NCBI RefSeq assembly: GCF_963921235.1
Contig: NC_086097.1
Location: 217,126,001-217,190,000, forward strand
Source: Mobula hypostoma
Lineage: Eukaryota
Length of the DNA: 64,000 nucleotides
Reading direction: 5' to 3'
The notes beneath the pieces were generated by a model. The model searched no databases. It had not been told where the DNA came from and saw nothing but the letters and a program-made list of their open reading frames with translations. Of this stretch, positions 26,481 through 36,970 are shown piece after piece. A program made the position numbers and the translations under genes. How positions within the stretch are numbered: position 1 is the stretch's first letter; each line of letters begins with the position of its first letter.

Positions 26481-28896
26481 ATGGTAAGTCGTGGTTCAAC
26501 ATGAACCAGATGGGCCAAACAGCCTGTTTCCGGGCTGTAGTGTTCTCTGGCTCTATAACTCCGATAAAGTTTACTAGCATTGCGATACTTAGAACATTAC
26601 TGTCTTTTAGAGGTGGTGCCTATTCACATCAAGTGTAGCATTTTTGTCAGAAAACCTATGATAAACTTAAAGCACCTAAAAACCCTCCTGCATTGGGTGC
26701 ACAAGTAACATACTGCATGTATGTTTTGTCATACCGCGTACTATGACCAATTGTTCTGTTTGTCTGTCCACATCTCCTCTTTGATTCATTATTATACACC
26801 ACATACCTTTGCCTTACGGCAGAAAATTTAGGTCCAGTATTCACTTTTTACGTGAGTATTGGCATAATTCTGTTCTCTTCGTTAAACATGATGAAGCCAG
26901 TCCTAATTTAGAATAAGGTACTTTGCTTTCAATTTGACTGTTTAGCGATATTGATAATAATAAAGTTTTAACAAGATTAAAGGAAGAGGCAAGTGTTTTC
27001 TCAAAGATTAAACATCAAGCAGTAAATGCACTACTAGGAAGCCCTAGGCTAGGTTCTTCACTCCTTAACTCTCCACTACTTTTGGAGGCAAGCTCGATAC
27101 CTAGACCAACTGCAGATGACAATAAGTGCGGGTTATGTGGAAAGGAAATGTGGAATGTAGCAAGGATGATTCTGTGCAAATTTAATATTATCTTCAGTTC
27201 TCCCAGCAAATCTGCTGGCCACAGACTTTACAACAACTTTTCAACAATAGCCAGCATCCTTTCTTTAGGTGAAGCATTGCAGCAAGGTGTGTCCCTGCAG
27301 CTTCGTTGTTGGCATCATTTTGAGTACCAATCTTTCCCTCAGTGTACGTGATGACATGCCTGCTGTGTTTGAATGCCTGATAGGGTGTGAGAGTTAGGAG
27401 AGTGACTGGTCGGGTGGGGCATCTTGAGACTATATTCCAGTTCTGAATGAAAGAACATAATAGTAGGTGATGGGATTATGGTGAAATGAACTATGTATAA
27501 GGTGAGAATGCAGTTGGTAGAAAATGATTTTCGGAAATATTATTACTGACATTGACTATGTGTCTGAACATCACCTCTGCATGAAGATCTGAGAATGCAT
27601 TCGCAGTATTGGTCTTGATATCTGCCTCTCCCTACTGTTGTTTCCACATGTTTCTGGAGGGCTTCCTGGTCCCTTGCAAGCAGGGAGCACTCTGTTCATG
27701 TCCATCCTGTGGTGTGCCAAGACTATCTAACTATCTGCAGCTATCCTTGCTTATCTGTGGCTTCAGCTAGCTACTGAATTTCAGGAAACACTTCCACTAC
27801 AGCACAGGGGCGCAAGGGAGCCAGCGACTGGTGGAAATCCGGATCATCTCGCACAACAGGCTGGAGGTCAGGCAGCATCTATTGAGGAAATGAGCAGTCA
27901 GTGTCTCAGGCTGAAACACTTTATCAGGACCTTTCATACGAAAGTGCGAATTGGCTTTAATCCAACAGATGGAGCAATCTTGTATTGATGGCAGCCCTCT
28001 AGTGATTCGCATAAACAATAAACAACTGTCTGTTGGAATTATGACAATGGAACAGAAGCAGAAATTTCATGTATAGCCTGATAGCCTGTATTGGTTCAAA
28101 TGGGCAGAGATTAATGATCCACCATGAAGCAGGCAGTTGTGTTCCAGTGCTATTTAACCTAGTCCCCTTTTCAACCTGTGGCCTTAACCTGACTTTATTT
28201 AACATAAATCAGACATACATCCATAGCGTCTTGCAGAGGATACTCATTAGGCAGATAAATATTTGCAATACCTTTGGAATGGAAAGCAAATGTATAGCCT
28301 GAGAATATTTCACCACAGGAATCAAAGGTGTTGACAGCAGAGTAATTTACACCTCAAGGCATTATATGTGAGTGTGGTACTAGTGGAAATGTGTGAAAAC
28401 TGTTTCAACGTCATTTCATACATTATTTACTGTCCATACTAATATAGGTTCAGAAACACCCAACAAAATACAAGCCTTATAACGTTTCTTACTCTAATTT
28501 ATTATAATGGGAGAGTAAGAAGTTCATTATTTTTCAGACTTAAACAGAGCAAGTTCATCTCAGCAGTCAGGTTTAGAAAGCTTTAAAGCTCATATTCAAA
28601 ATGTTATCCATTGCTAAGTTGCCCGCCACAACACTGTTCTTTTATTTTCCTTCTATTCATAATCAATGCATCTGATTTTTAATTATCAAGATTACTAATT
28701 TGTTGTCTCAGATTGCCTCAGGTCACTTTAGTTTGTGTAACCACCACATGCCATAACCCACAATACTTAAATTAAGATCCTGACATTCCACAGCACAGGA
28801 GTGGGTCATGTGATTCATGTGATCTATTCCAGTTTTACATTCCATACGAACTTCTGATCAACCACCTTCACCTAATCCCAACAGGATAACATTTAT

Positions 28897-30098
28897 TTCA
28901 AACAACAGGAATTCTGCAGATGCTGGAAATTCAAGCAACATACATCAAAGTTGCTGGTGAACGCAGCAGGCCAGGCAGCATCTGTAGGAAGAGGTGCAGT
29001 CAACGTTTCAGGCCGAGACCCTTCATCAGGACTAACTGAAGGAAGAGTGAGTAAGGGATTTGAAAGTTGGAGGGGGAGGGGGAGATCCAAAATGATAGGA
29101 GAAGACAGGAGGGAGAGGGATAGAGCCGAGAGCTGGACAGGTGATAGGCAAAAGGGGATATGAGAGGATCATGGGACAGGAGGTCCGGGAAGAGAGACGG
29201 GGGGGGGTGACCCAGAAGATGGGTAAGAGGTATATTCAGAGGGACAGAGGGAGAAAAAGGAGAGTGAGAGAAAGAATGTGTGCATAAAAATGAGTAACAG
29301 ATGGGGTACGAGGGGGAGGTGGCGCCTTAGCGGAAGTTAGAGAAGTCGATGTTCATGCCATCAGGTTGGAGGCTACCCAGACGGAATATAAGGTGTTGTT
29401 CCTCCAACCTGAGTGTGGCTTCATCTTTACAGTAGAGGAGGCCGTGGATAGACATGTCAGAATGGGAATGGGATGTGGAATTAAAATGTGTGGCCACTGG
29501 GAGATCCTGCTTTCTCTGGCGGACAGAGCGTAGATGTTCAGCAAAGCGGTCTCCCAGTCTGCGTCGGGTCTCGCCAATATATAAAAGGCCACATCGGGAG
29601 CACCGGACGCAGTATATCACCCCAGTCGACTCACAGGTGAAGTGATGCCTCACCTGGAAGGACTGTTTGGGGCCCTGAATGGTGGTAAGGGAGGAAGTGT
29701 AAGGGCATGTGTAGCACTTACACGGATAAGTGCCAGGAGGGAGATCAGTGGGGAGGGATGGGGGGGGACGAATGGACAAGGGAGTTGTGTAGGGAGCGAT
29801 CCCTGTGGAATGCAGAGAGAGGGGGGGAGGGAAAGATGTGCTTAGTGGTGGGATCCCGTTGGAGGTGGCAGAAGTTACGGAGAATTATATGTTGGACCCG
29901 GAGGCTGGTGGGGTGGTAGGTGAGGACCAGGGGAACCCTATTCCTAGTGGGGTGGTGGGAGGATGGAGTGAGAGCAGATGTACGTGAAATGGGGGAGATG
30001 CGTTTAAGAGCAGAGTTGATAGTGGAGGAAGGGAAGCCCCCTTCTTTAAAAAAGGAAGACATCTCCCTCGTCCTAGAATGAAAAGCCTCATCCTGAGA
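28897..30098 (-). mobile_element. Penelope-like element (GIY-YIG endonuclease + terminal repeat), 5'-truncated
   Basis: FTCESTGVIYCVRCSRCGLLYIGETRRRLGDRFAEH..LQPDGMNIDF; RVPLVLTYHP; hammerhead-like core at 29006-29029. Confidence 0.95.
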
Positions 30099-30939
30099 TA
30101 CCGAATGAAAGGCCTTATTATGAAGGGAGCTGTCATAATCCAGAATTCACTGCCCAACAGAGTTATTGAAGAAGATTCAATTATTCTTTATAAAAGAAGC
30201 AAGTTACACACTTGAGGGAATTGGGGAAAAAACAGGGCTATGGGAGTAGAACTGGGAATGAAACTGGTTAGTTTTTTGTAGAAAACACAAAGTGGTTTGA
30301 TGGGCCAAAAAGAATCTCCTTCTGCACAGTAATAAGATTATAATTCCATAATTCATCATTCTACCTAGTTCACCATTTAATGCATCCAATATATTCACTT
30401 CTTCTACTGCATGTTTAAAGACTGTTACATTCAAACCTCTTTGTGTAAAGATGATTCTCATAACAATTTACTGCATGTAAATATATTTTTTATTTAACAA
30501 TGAATCTGGGGAATTTATAATGGAAAATAGGAGAAGGGAGTTGATTGAGAGGCATTCTTCAACAATCTTCTGTGTACAAGATATAAGCAATAACCCAGAA
30601 CTCCTGACTGTGGAGATTTGGAGGGAAGAGAGAGACTTGGGCAAGTTACAATCTCAAGCAAACTGTAGGCTGATGGGTTTAATCCTTGGGACTTAAAACA
30701 AATGGCTTGTAAGACTGTTGAAATATTGTGGTTAATTTCCCAAAATTCCAAGTTTTTGGGAAGGTCACATCAGAGAGGAAAATATCAAATGCAGCTCCTT
30801 TATTCTAAGGGAGGGAGGTAGTGGAAGGAGGAAGGGAACAGAAAGCAAAAAGTTATAGGCCACTTAGTTTAACATCCATCACAGGGAAAACAATAAGAAT
30901 TGTTGCTGACAGAGAAAAAGTATCAAGATAATTAAGCAA

Positions 30940-31078
30940 GTTAGTCCTGACGAAGGGTCTCGGCCTGAAACGTCGACTGCGCCTCTTCTTATAGATGCTG
31001 CTTGGCCTGCTGCGTTCACCAGCAACTTTGATGTATGTTGCTTGAATTTCCAGCATCTGCAGAATTCCTGTTGTTTGC
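30940..31078 (+). mobile_element. Penelope terminal fragment with hammerhead-like core
   Basis: Reverse complement of 28897-29035; CTGACGAAGGGTCTCGGCCTGAAACGTCGAC at 30947. Confidence 0.9.
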
Positions 31079-31142
31079 GAGAAAAAATGTTTGACTATTT
31101 AGTGGAATTCCTTGAAGAAGTAACATTATCTAGTATACTATG

Positions 31143-31336
31143 CGTACTGTATGGCCTACAGTATAATGACTACTTTATGTTGTAGGGACACATCATTGCA
31201 CGTGCTATTAGGCACGTATTGATCTGTATGCATGTGCCGAGTTCGGTTTCTGCCCGCAAAGAACCATGAAGCTTAGCCCCCATCTCCAGCGTTTTTATTA
31301 ATAGCATTGTTGCGTAACCAGTCCACATACACAACA
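31143..31336 (+). repeat. 5' LTR (194 bp)
   Basis: cgtactgtatggcctacag...cacatacacaaca; aligns with the 3' LTR along its full length. Confidence 0.92.
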
Positions 31337-31350
31337 AATTGACAACGAGG
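31337..31350 (+). promoter_or_regulatory. Primer-binding-site-like sequence
   Basis: AATTGACAACGAGG directly after the LTR; two G>A changes from the TGGCGACGAGG PBS I recall from vertebrate Gypsy elements. Confidence 0.6.
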
Positions 31351-31404
31351 TTAATGAACCTACATCATGTCGGAACGCCGTGTTTTAATTGATAATAACA
31401 CTCA

Positions 31405-31602
31405 GAAGAAGAGCGCAAGGAACAAGCCAAGGAGCGGGAGAAGGAGGCAGAGCAAGGCCGCGAGTCTGAAAGGAAGAGGGGGTCAGGACGTCGGGAGACC
31501 AAGAGACAGAGTCGGAGCCGCAGCACGTCCAGCCGAGACCACAGCCGATGCCGACCCCGACCCCTAGGGGCTGAGGGTCTGCCTGCCCCAGAAGAGAGAT
31601 AA
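31405..31602 (+). pseudogene. ACIN1: Captured ACIN1 (Acinus) C-terminal fragment
   Basis: Frame from 31405 reads EEERKEQAKEREKEAEQGRESERKRGSGRRETKRQSRSRSTSSRDHSR; human ACIN1 end as recalled is EEEEQKEREKEAE...RRDTKRHSRSRSRST. Low complexity limits certainty. Confidence 0.72.
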
Positions 31603-31649
31603 AAAGGAGCGACACACACATCTAGACGGAGTGCGCTCGTGGCGCTAGC

Positions 31650-32599
31650 AAAAACAGAATAGCTTTCGCACAAGGTAAATCTCGAACCAATCATTTCCTC
31701 CATTGAGAATCATACACTTAATCCTTTGCAGAAAAGTTTCTTTTGCACATACATATTTTGAATCCTCAGCCAATGTGTCTTGTTTTTTCACAAAGAAGTT
31801 GGGAAATAGCATCAAAACAGAGGCGAATTCTAGCAACAAACTGTAAGGTTTCTATTGTTGTATTTTCACACTTGTGCTGAATGTGCACTTGAAGGAATTC
31901 TTCCTCTTGAGCCAGACAGATAGCACTGCAGGTAATCCTTAATATCAGCAAAACCGTACTTTAACAGCAGCTTAAGAACAATGGAACGAACAACAGGATT
32001 TCGATCAACTGCCTCATCAAATGGTGAACGACTACTGGTAAAGTACTGATCTTTCTGTGAGTCACTGGATCGCCCGGACTTTTGAATAACTAGCAGAGAC
32101 AGCAGATCACCAACCACTTCTTTGTTGGTGGCAAGTCATCTTTGAAGCAGGCCATGGAAACTGAAGCTACAAAAAATGCATCACACCTCTTGCGAAATAT
32201 GACTAATTTTGCCACAGCTTCACTTATTTCTTCTGTTACCGCTGGTACATAATTATCATCTAGAGAAGTATGGCACAGTGGGCAGAGTCGTTGTCCTGAT
32301 TCAGGCCACCGCTTTATACATTTCAAACAGTAAAAATGATCACATGGAAGCAGGATGGGATCGTTGAGTTCTCCTAAGCAAATTGTACATTCTTTCAGAT
32401 CATACCTGAAGAACAGACATCCTGCACTATTTTTACAGTCCCTGAGGACCTGAACCACAGCCCGAAAGAGCCCTCGGGATCTCACATCAGAGTTACTGTT
32501 CAAACTCTTTGCAAGTTGACCAGCATAGAATTCAACCTTGTTCTCTAATTTATCACGTATTTCTTTAACTCCCAAAATGATGTGTTCCACAAAAAGTAA
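31650..32599 (-). pseudogene. RNF213: Captured intron-less RNF213 fragment spanning the RING finger
   Basis: LFVEHIILG..NSDVRS..CTICLGELNDPILLPCDHFYCLKCIKRW..CPLC..FRKRCDAFF..CFKDDLPP / SPFDEAVDRNPVVRSIVLKLLLKYGF / LQFVARIRLCFD / NDWFEIYLVRKL, colinear with RNF213. Frameshifts and an internal deletion near 31915. Confidence 0.93.
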
Positions 32600-32871
32600 C
32601 AGCATCTCCATAGCACTCCTGCTGAATCACCAGCACAAAGCTATGAAGCACGAAAAGAAGATGGAAAGTTATATTATGATAAGAGATGGTATCATAAAAG
32701 TCAGGCTACCTATCTGGAATCTAAGGAGAATACGAAGATTGGCTGTGTAATTAGCTCAGTTGGAACAAGTGAGATATAGGTAGGGAAAATAATTGATAGC
32801 ACAAAGGTGCTATATATCTAGGACAGCTGCACAGAGGAGTCTTCATTATACGGAGACGACCTACTGCCTAG
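32600..32871 (+). pseudogene. SUDS3: Captured intron-less SUDS3 (SDS3) C-terminal fragment
   Basis: [68 protein letters not shown] / IYLGQLHRGVFIIRRRPTA*. Premature TAG at 32777, 1-bp deletion at ~32811, natural stop at 32869-32871. Confidence 0.95.
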
Positions 32872-33217
32872 ATCTCTTAGCAAGTTGGAGGCAGACATCT
32901 TCTTAACCCCCTATGCTCAGAGGTCAACTTTTCATGACTTTTATATGGAAATCTGTATTAAAACAAACGAGTTTATTGACAGTCATTACTCGGAGAGGCA
33001 GAGGAGACCCCCCCCTCAAAGATTTAAGTTATAATTGGGTGTTAGACCAAAGTAAAAAAAAAGGCTTGTTATAATTCAATATTATTATGTTACTTTGTTA
33101 TGATTTAATATTATTATTTTACTAAGTAAACGAATGGTAGGCGTTTGTATGTTAAGGATAGACATATTTATTTAGCATAGTGACCCAGTAAACCCACAGT
33201 TGATACACTATTAGAAT

Positions 33218-33230
33218 AAAAGGGGAGGAG
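33218..33230 (+). promoter_or_regulatory. Polypurine tract
   Basis: AAAAGGGGAGGAG immediately before the TG of the 3' LTR. Confidence 0.88.
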
Positions 33231-33453
33231 TGTACTGCATGGCCTACAGTATAATAAGGGACTACTTTATGTTGTAGGGACATGTCATTGCATGCGCTAT
33301 TAGGCACGTATTGAGCAAGCGCTATTAGGCGTGTATTGATCTGTACGTGTGTGCCGAGTTCGGTTTCTGCCAGTAAAGAACCATGAACCTTAGCTCCCAT
33401 CTCCAGCATTTTTATTAATAGCATTGTTGTGTAACCAGGCCACATACACAACA
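33231..33453 (+). repeat. 3' LTR (223 bp)
   Basis: TGTACTGCAT...CACAACA; has a 4-bp and a 25-bp (tandem duplicate) insertion relative to the 5' LTR. Confidence 0.92.
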
Positions 33454-33639
33454 CTGTGAATAAAGAGGAGCTGGTGGAAGAACTACCCTCTTGTCTTCAA
33501 AATTTGATGAGTCTAATATTTTGTCAGAAAAATAATGGTGTATGGCATGGATAAAGGACTGGCTGATGGAGAAAGTAGCATAAATGAGCTTTTATTTTAT
33601 TGGCAAGTTTTAATGGAAGAGTGTGACACATAGATTAGT

Positions 33640-34003
33640 CATCATCATCATCATTATGTGCAATGTTGTATGACTTGAGTAAAGTCTATGACCATGATTG
33701 TTCTTGGCAAGTTTTTCCACAGAAATAGCTTGTGATTGCCTTCTTTCAGGAAGTGTCTTCACAAGACAAGTGATCCTAACCTTTATCAATAATCTTCAGA
33801 GATTTCTGCCTAGCATAAGTGGTCGCACAACCAGGACTTGTGATATGCACCAGCTGTTCATATGACTATCCACCCCTTGCTTCACGTGACCCTGATCAGG
33901 GGCCTAGGTGATACACCTTGCCCAAGGGTGACCTGCAGGTTAGCAGAGGGAAGGAGTGCCTTACACCGCCTTTGATGGAGACATATCTCTACACCGCCAC
34001 CCA
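33640..34003 (-). mobile_element. SINE-like element with a (GAT)n tail
   Basis: (atc)n at the left end; a ggtcacccttgggcaag core-like segment; GC-rich head at the right end. Confidence 0.55.
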
Positions 34004-34059
34004 AACATAGATCACTACTGTTTCTATAATATTACTGTATACAATTTTCATGAAAGACT

Positions 34060-36292
34060 TAGAAACATAGAAAACCTACAGCACAATACAGGCCCTCCAG
34101 CCCACAATGCTGTGCCGAACATGTACTTACTTAGAAATTACCTAAGGTTACCCATAGCTCTCTATTTTTCTAAACTCTATGTACCTATCCAAAATTCTTT
34201 TAAAAGACCCTATTGTATCCACTTCCACCCCCAATGCTGGCAGCCCATTCCACACAATCACCACTCTCTGTGTAAAAAACTTACCCCTGACATCTCCTCT
34301 GTACCTACTCCCAAGCACAAAATTGTGCCCTCTCATGTTAACCATTTCAGCCCTGGGAAAAAGCCTCTGACTGTCCACACAATCAATGCCTCTCATCGTC
34401 TTGTACACCTCTATCAGGTCACCCCCATCCTCTGTCACTCCAAGGAGAAAAGGCCGAGTTCACTCAACCTATTCTCATAAGGCATGCTCCCCAATCCAGG
34501 CAACATCCTTGTAAATCTCCTCTGCACCCTTTCTATGGTTTCCACATCCCCTGTAGTGTGGTGAGCAGAACTGAGCACAGTACTCCAAGTGGGGTCTGAC
34601 CAGGGTCCTACATAGCTGCAACATTACCTCTCGGCTCTTAAACTCAATCCCACAGTGATGAAGGCCAATGCACCATATGCCTTCTTAACCACAAAGTCAA
34701 CCTGCGCAGCAGCTTTGAGCGTCTTATGGACTCGGACCCCAAGATCCCTCTGATCCTCCACACTGCCAAGAGTGTTACTATTAATACTATATTCTGCCAT
34801 CATATTTGACCTACCAAAATGAACCACCTCACACTTACTTGAGTTGTACTCCATCTGCCAATTCTCAGCCCAGTCTTGCATCCTACTGATGTCCCGCTGT
34901 AACCTCTGACAGCTCTCCACACTATCCACAACACCCCCAACATTTGTGTCATCAGCAAATTTACTAACCCATCCCTTCACTTCCTCATCCAGGTCATTTA
35001 TAAAAATCACAAAGAGAATGGGTCCCAGAACAGATCCCTGAGGCACACCACCGGTCACTGACCTCTATGCAGAATATGACCTGGCCACAACCACTCTTTG
35101 CCTTCTGTGAGCAAGCCAATTCTGGATCCACAAAGCAAGGAATCCATATACACTACATCTACTGCTCTACCTTCATCAATGTGTTTAGTCAGGCTCAAAA
35201 AATTCAATCAGGCTCATAAGGCACGACCTGCCTTTGACAAAGCCATGCTGACTATTCCTAATCATATTATGCCTCTCCAAATGTTCATAAGTCCTGCCTC
35301 TCAGGATCTTTTCCGTCAACTTACCAACCACTGAAGTAAGACTCACTGGTCTATAATTTCCTGGGCTATCTCTACTCCCTTTCTTGAATAAGGGAACAAC
35401 ATCTGCAACTCTCCAATCCTCCAGAACCTCTCCTGTCCCCATTGATGATGCAAAGATCATTGCCAGAGGCTCAGCAATCCACAATCCCTCGCCTCCCACA
35501 GTAGACTGGGGTACATCTCGTCTGGTCCCGGAGACTTACCCAACTTGATGCTTTCCAAAAGCTCCAGCACATCCTCTTTTTTAATGTCTATATGCCCAAG
35601 CTTTTCAATCCACTGTAAGTCATCCCTACAATGGCCAAGATCCTTTTCCATAGTGAATACTGAAGCAAAGTATTCATTAAGAATCTCTGCCATCTCCTTC
35701 GGTTCCATACACACTTTTCCACTGTCACACTTGATTGGTCCCATTCTCTCACATTTTATCCTCTTGCTCTTCACATATTTGTAGAATGCCTTGGGATTTT
35801 CCTTAATCCTGCTCACCAAGGCCTTCTCATGGTCCCTTCTGGCTCTCCTAATTTCATTCTTAAGCTCCTTCTTGCTAGCCTTATAATCTTCTAGATCTCT
35901 ATCAGTACCTAGCTTTTTGAACCTTTCGTACGCTTTTCTTTTCTTCTTGACTAGATTTTCAACAGCCTTTGTACACCACTATTCCTGTACGCTACCATTC
36001 TTTTCCTGTCTCATTGGAATGTACCTATGCAGAACACCACGCAAATCTCCACTGAACATTTGCCACATTTCTGCCATACATTTCCCTGAGAAGATCTGCT
36101 CTCAAGTTATGCTTCCAAGTTCCTGCCTGATAGTTTCATATTTCCCCTTACTCTAATTAAACACTTTCCTCACTTGTCTGTTCCTATCCCTCTCCAATGC
36201 TATGGTAAAGGAGTTAGAATTGAGATCACTATCTCCAAAATGCTCTCCCACTGAGAGACCTGACACCTGACCAGCTTCATTTCCCAATACCA
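34060..36292 (-). mobile_element. CR1 LINE, 5'-truncated, degraded
   Basis: KENPKAFYKYVKSKR, KSPGPDEMYP, QHGFVKGRSCL, GVPQGSVLGP..FADDT; (catagaaa) tail. Confidence 0.95.
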
Positions 36293-36294
36293 CT

Positions 36295-36970
36295 TAAATG
36301 AGGGCACCAAAGGAACGGTTTCTTAGGTTTGCTGATAGTTCAAAGAAAGGTAGGAACATGAATTGTGTAGTGAACATAACAAGGCAGGAAGGGATATCAA
36401 CAGGTTAATGGAGTAGAGAAAGTTCTGTCAAATAGAGTGTAAAGGGGGAAATGTGGAAGAATCCATTTTAGCAGGAAAAATAATAAAGAAACAAAGTGTC
36501 TAAATGGTGATAGATTAGAGAGCTCTGAGTTCTTGAGACATCTGGGTAAATTAATTCAAAGTTTGTATAAAGGTCCCCTTGAGGGACAACTGAATACTGC
36601 AGCAAGGAGATAATGCTTCATTTATGTTGGGTGTTTTTGAGATCTTGTCCTGGAATCTTGTGTACAAAATTGATCTCATTTAAGAAAGGATGTCATTGCA
36701 TTCAAAGCAATTCAGAAAAGTATTAACCAAGCTAATGCCTGGAATGCCTAAGCTATCCTCTGAGAAAATGTTAGATAGACCAGTCATGTATTCATGAGGA
36801 AAGTCGGAGGGGTCCTGATAAGGTGGGTGTGTAAATGGTGCTTCTTGTTGTAGTGTTTATAGAACAGTTTTCATCAAAGTACATTGGAAGCAGAACCTAT
36901 GAATGTTTTTAAAGGCAAGGGTAGATCACCTCTTGATGAACATGAAGTGAAAATAAAAGGTATCTAGAGG
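36295..36970 (+). mobile_element. Old CR1 remnant
   Basis: Eroded FAD, WQIE and GMPKLS..EKMLDR-like segments in CR1 order. Confidence 0.5.

Larger units (their letters stand above)
31143..33453 (+). mobile_element. Non-autonomous Gypsy-type LTR element carrying captured host gene fragments
   Basis: Direct repeats 31143-31336 and 33231-33453 (TG..CA; the first starts CG); TSD CTATG/CTGTG; PBS-like site after the 5' LTR; PPT directly before the 3' LTR. Confidence 0.92.

Noticed and set aside
32090..32611. Exon of the genuine RNF213 gene
   Set aside because: It is frameshifted and internally deleted, lacks flanking splice context or other RNF213 exons, and is enclosed by LTRs between unrelated gene pieces.
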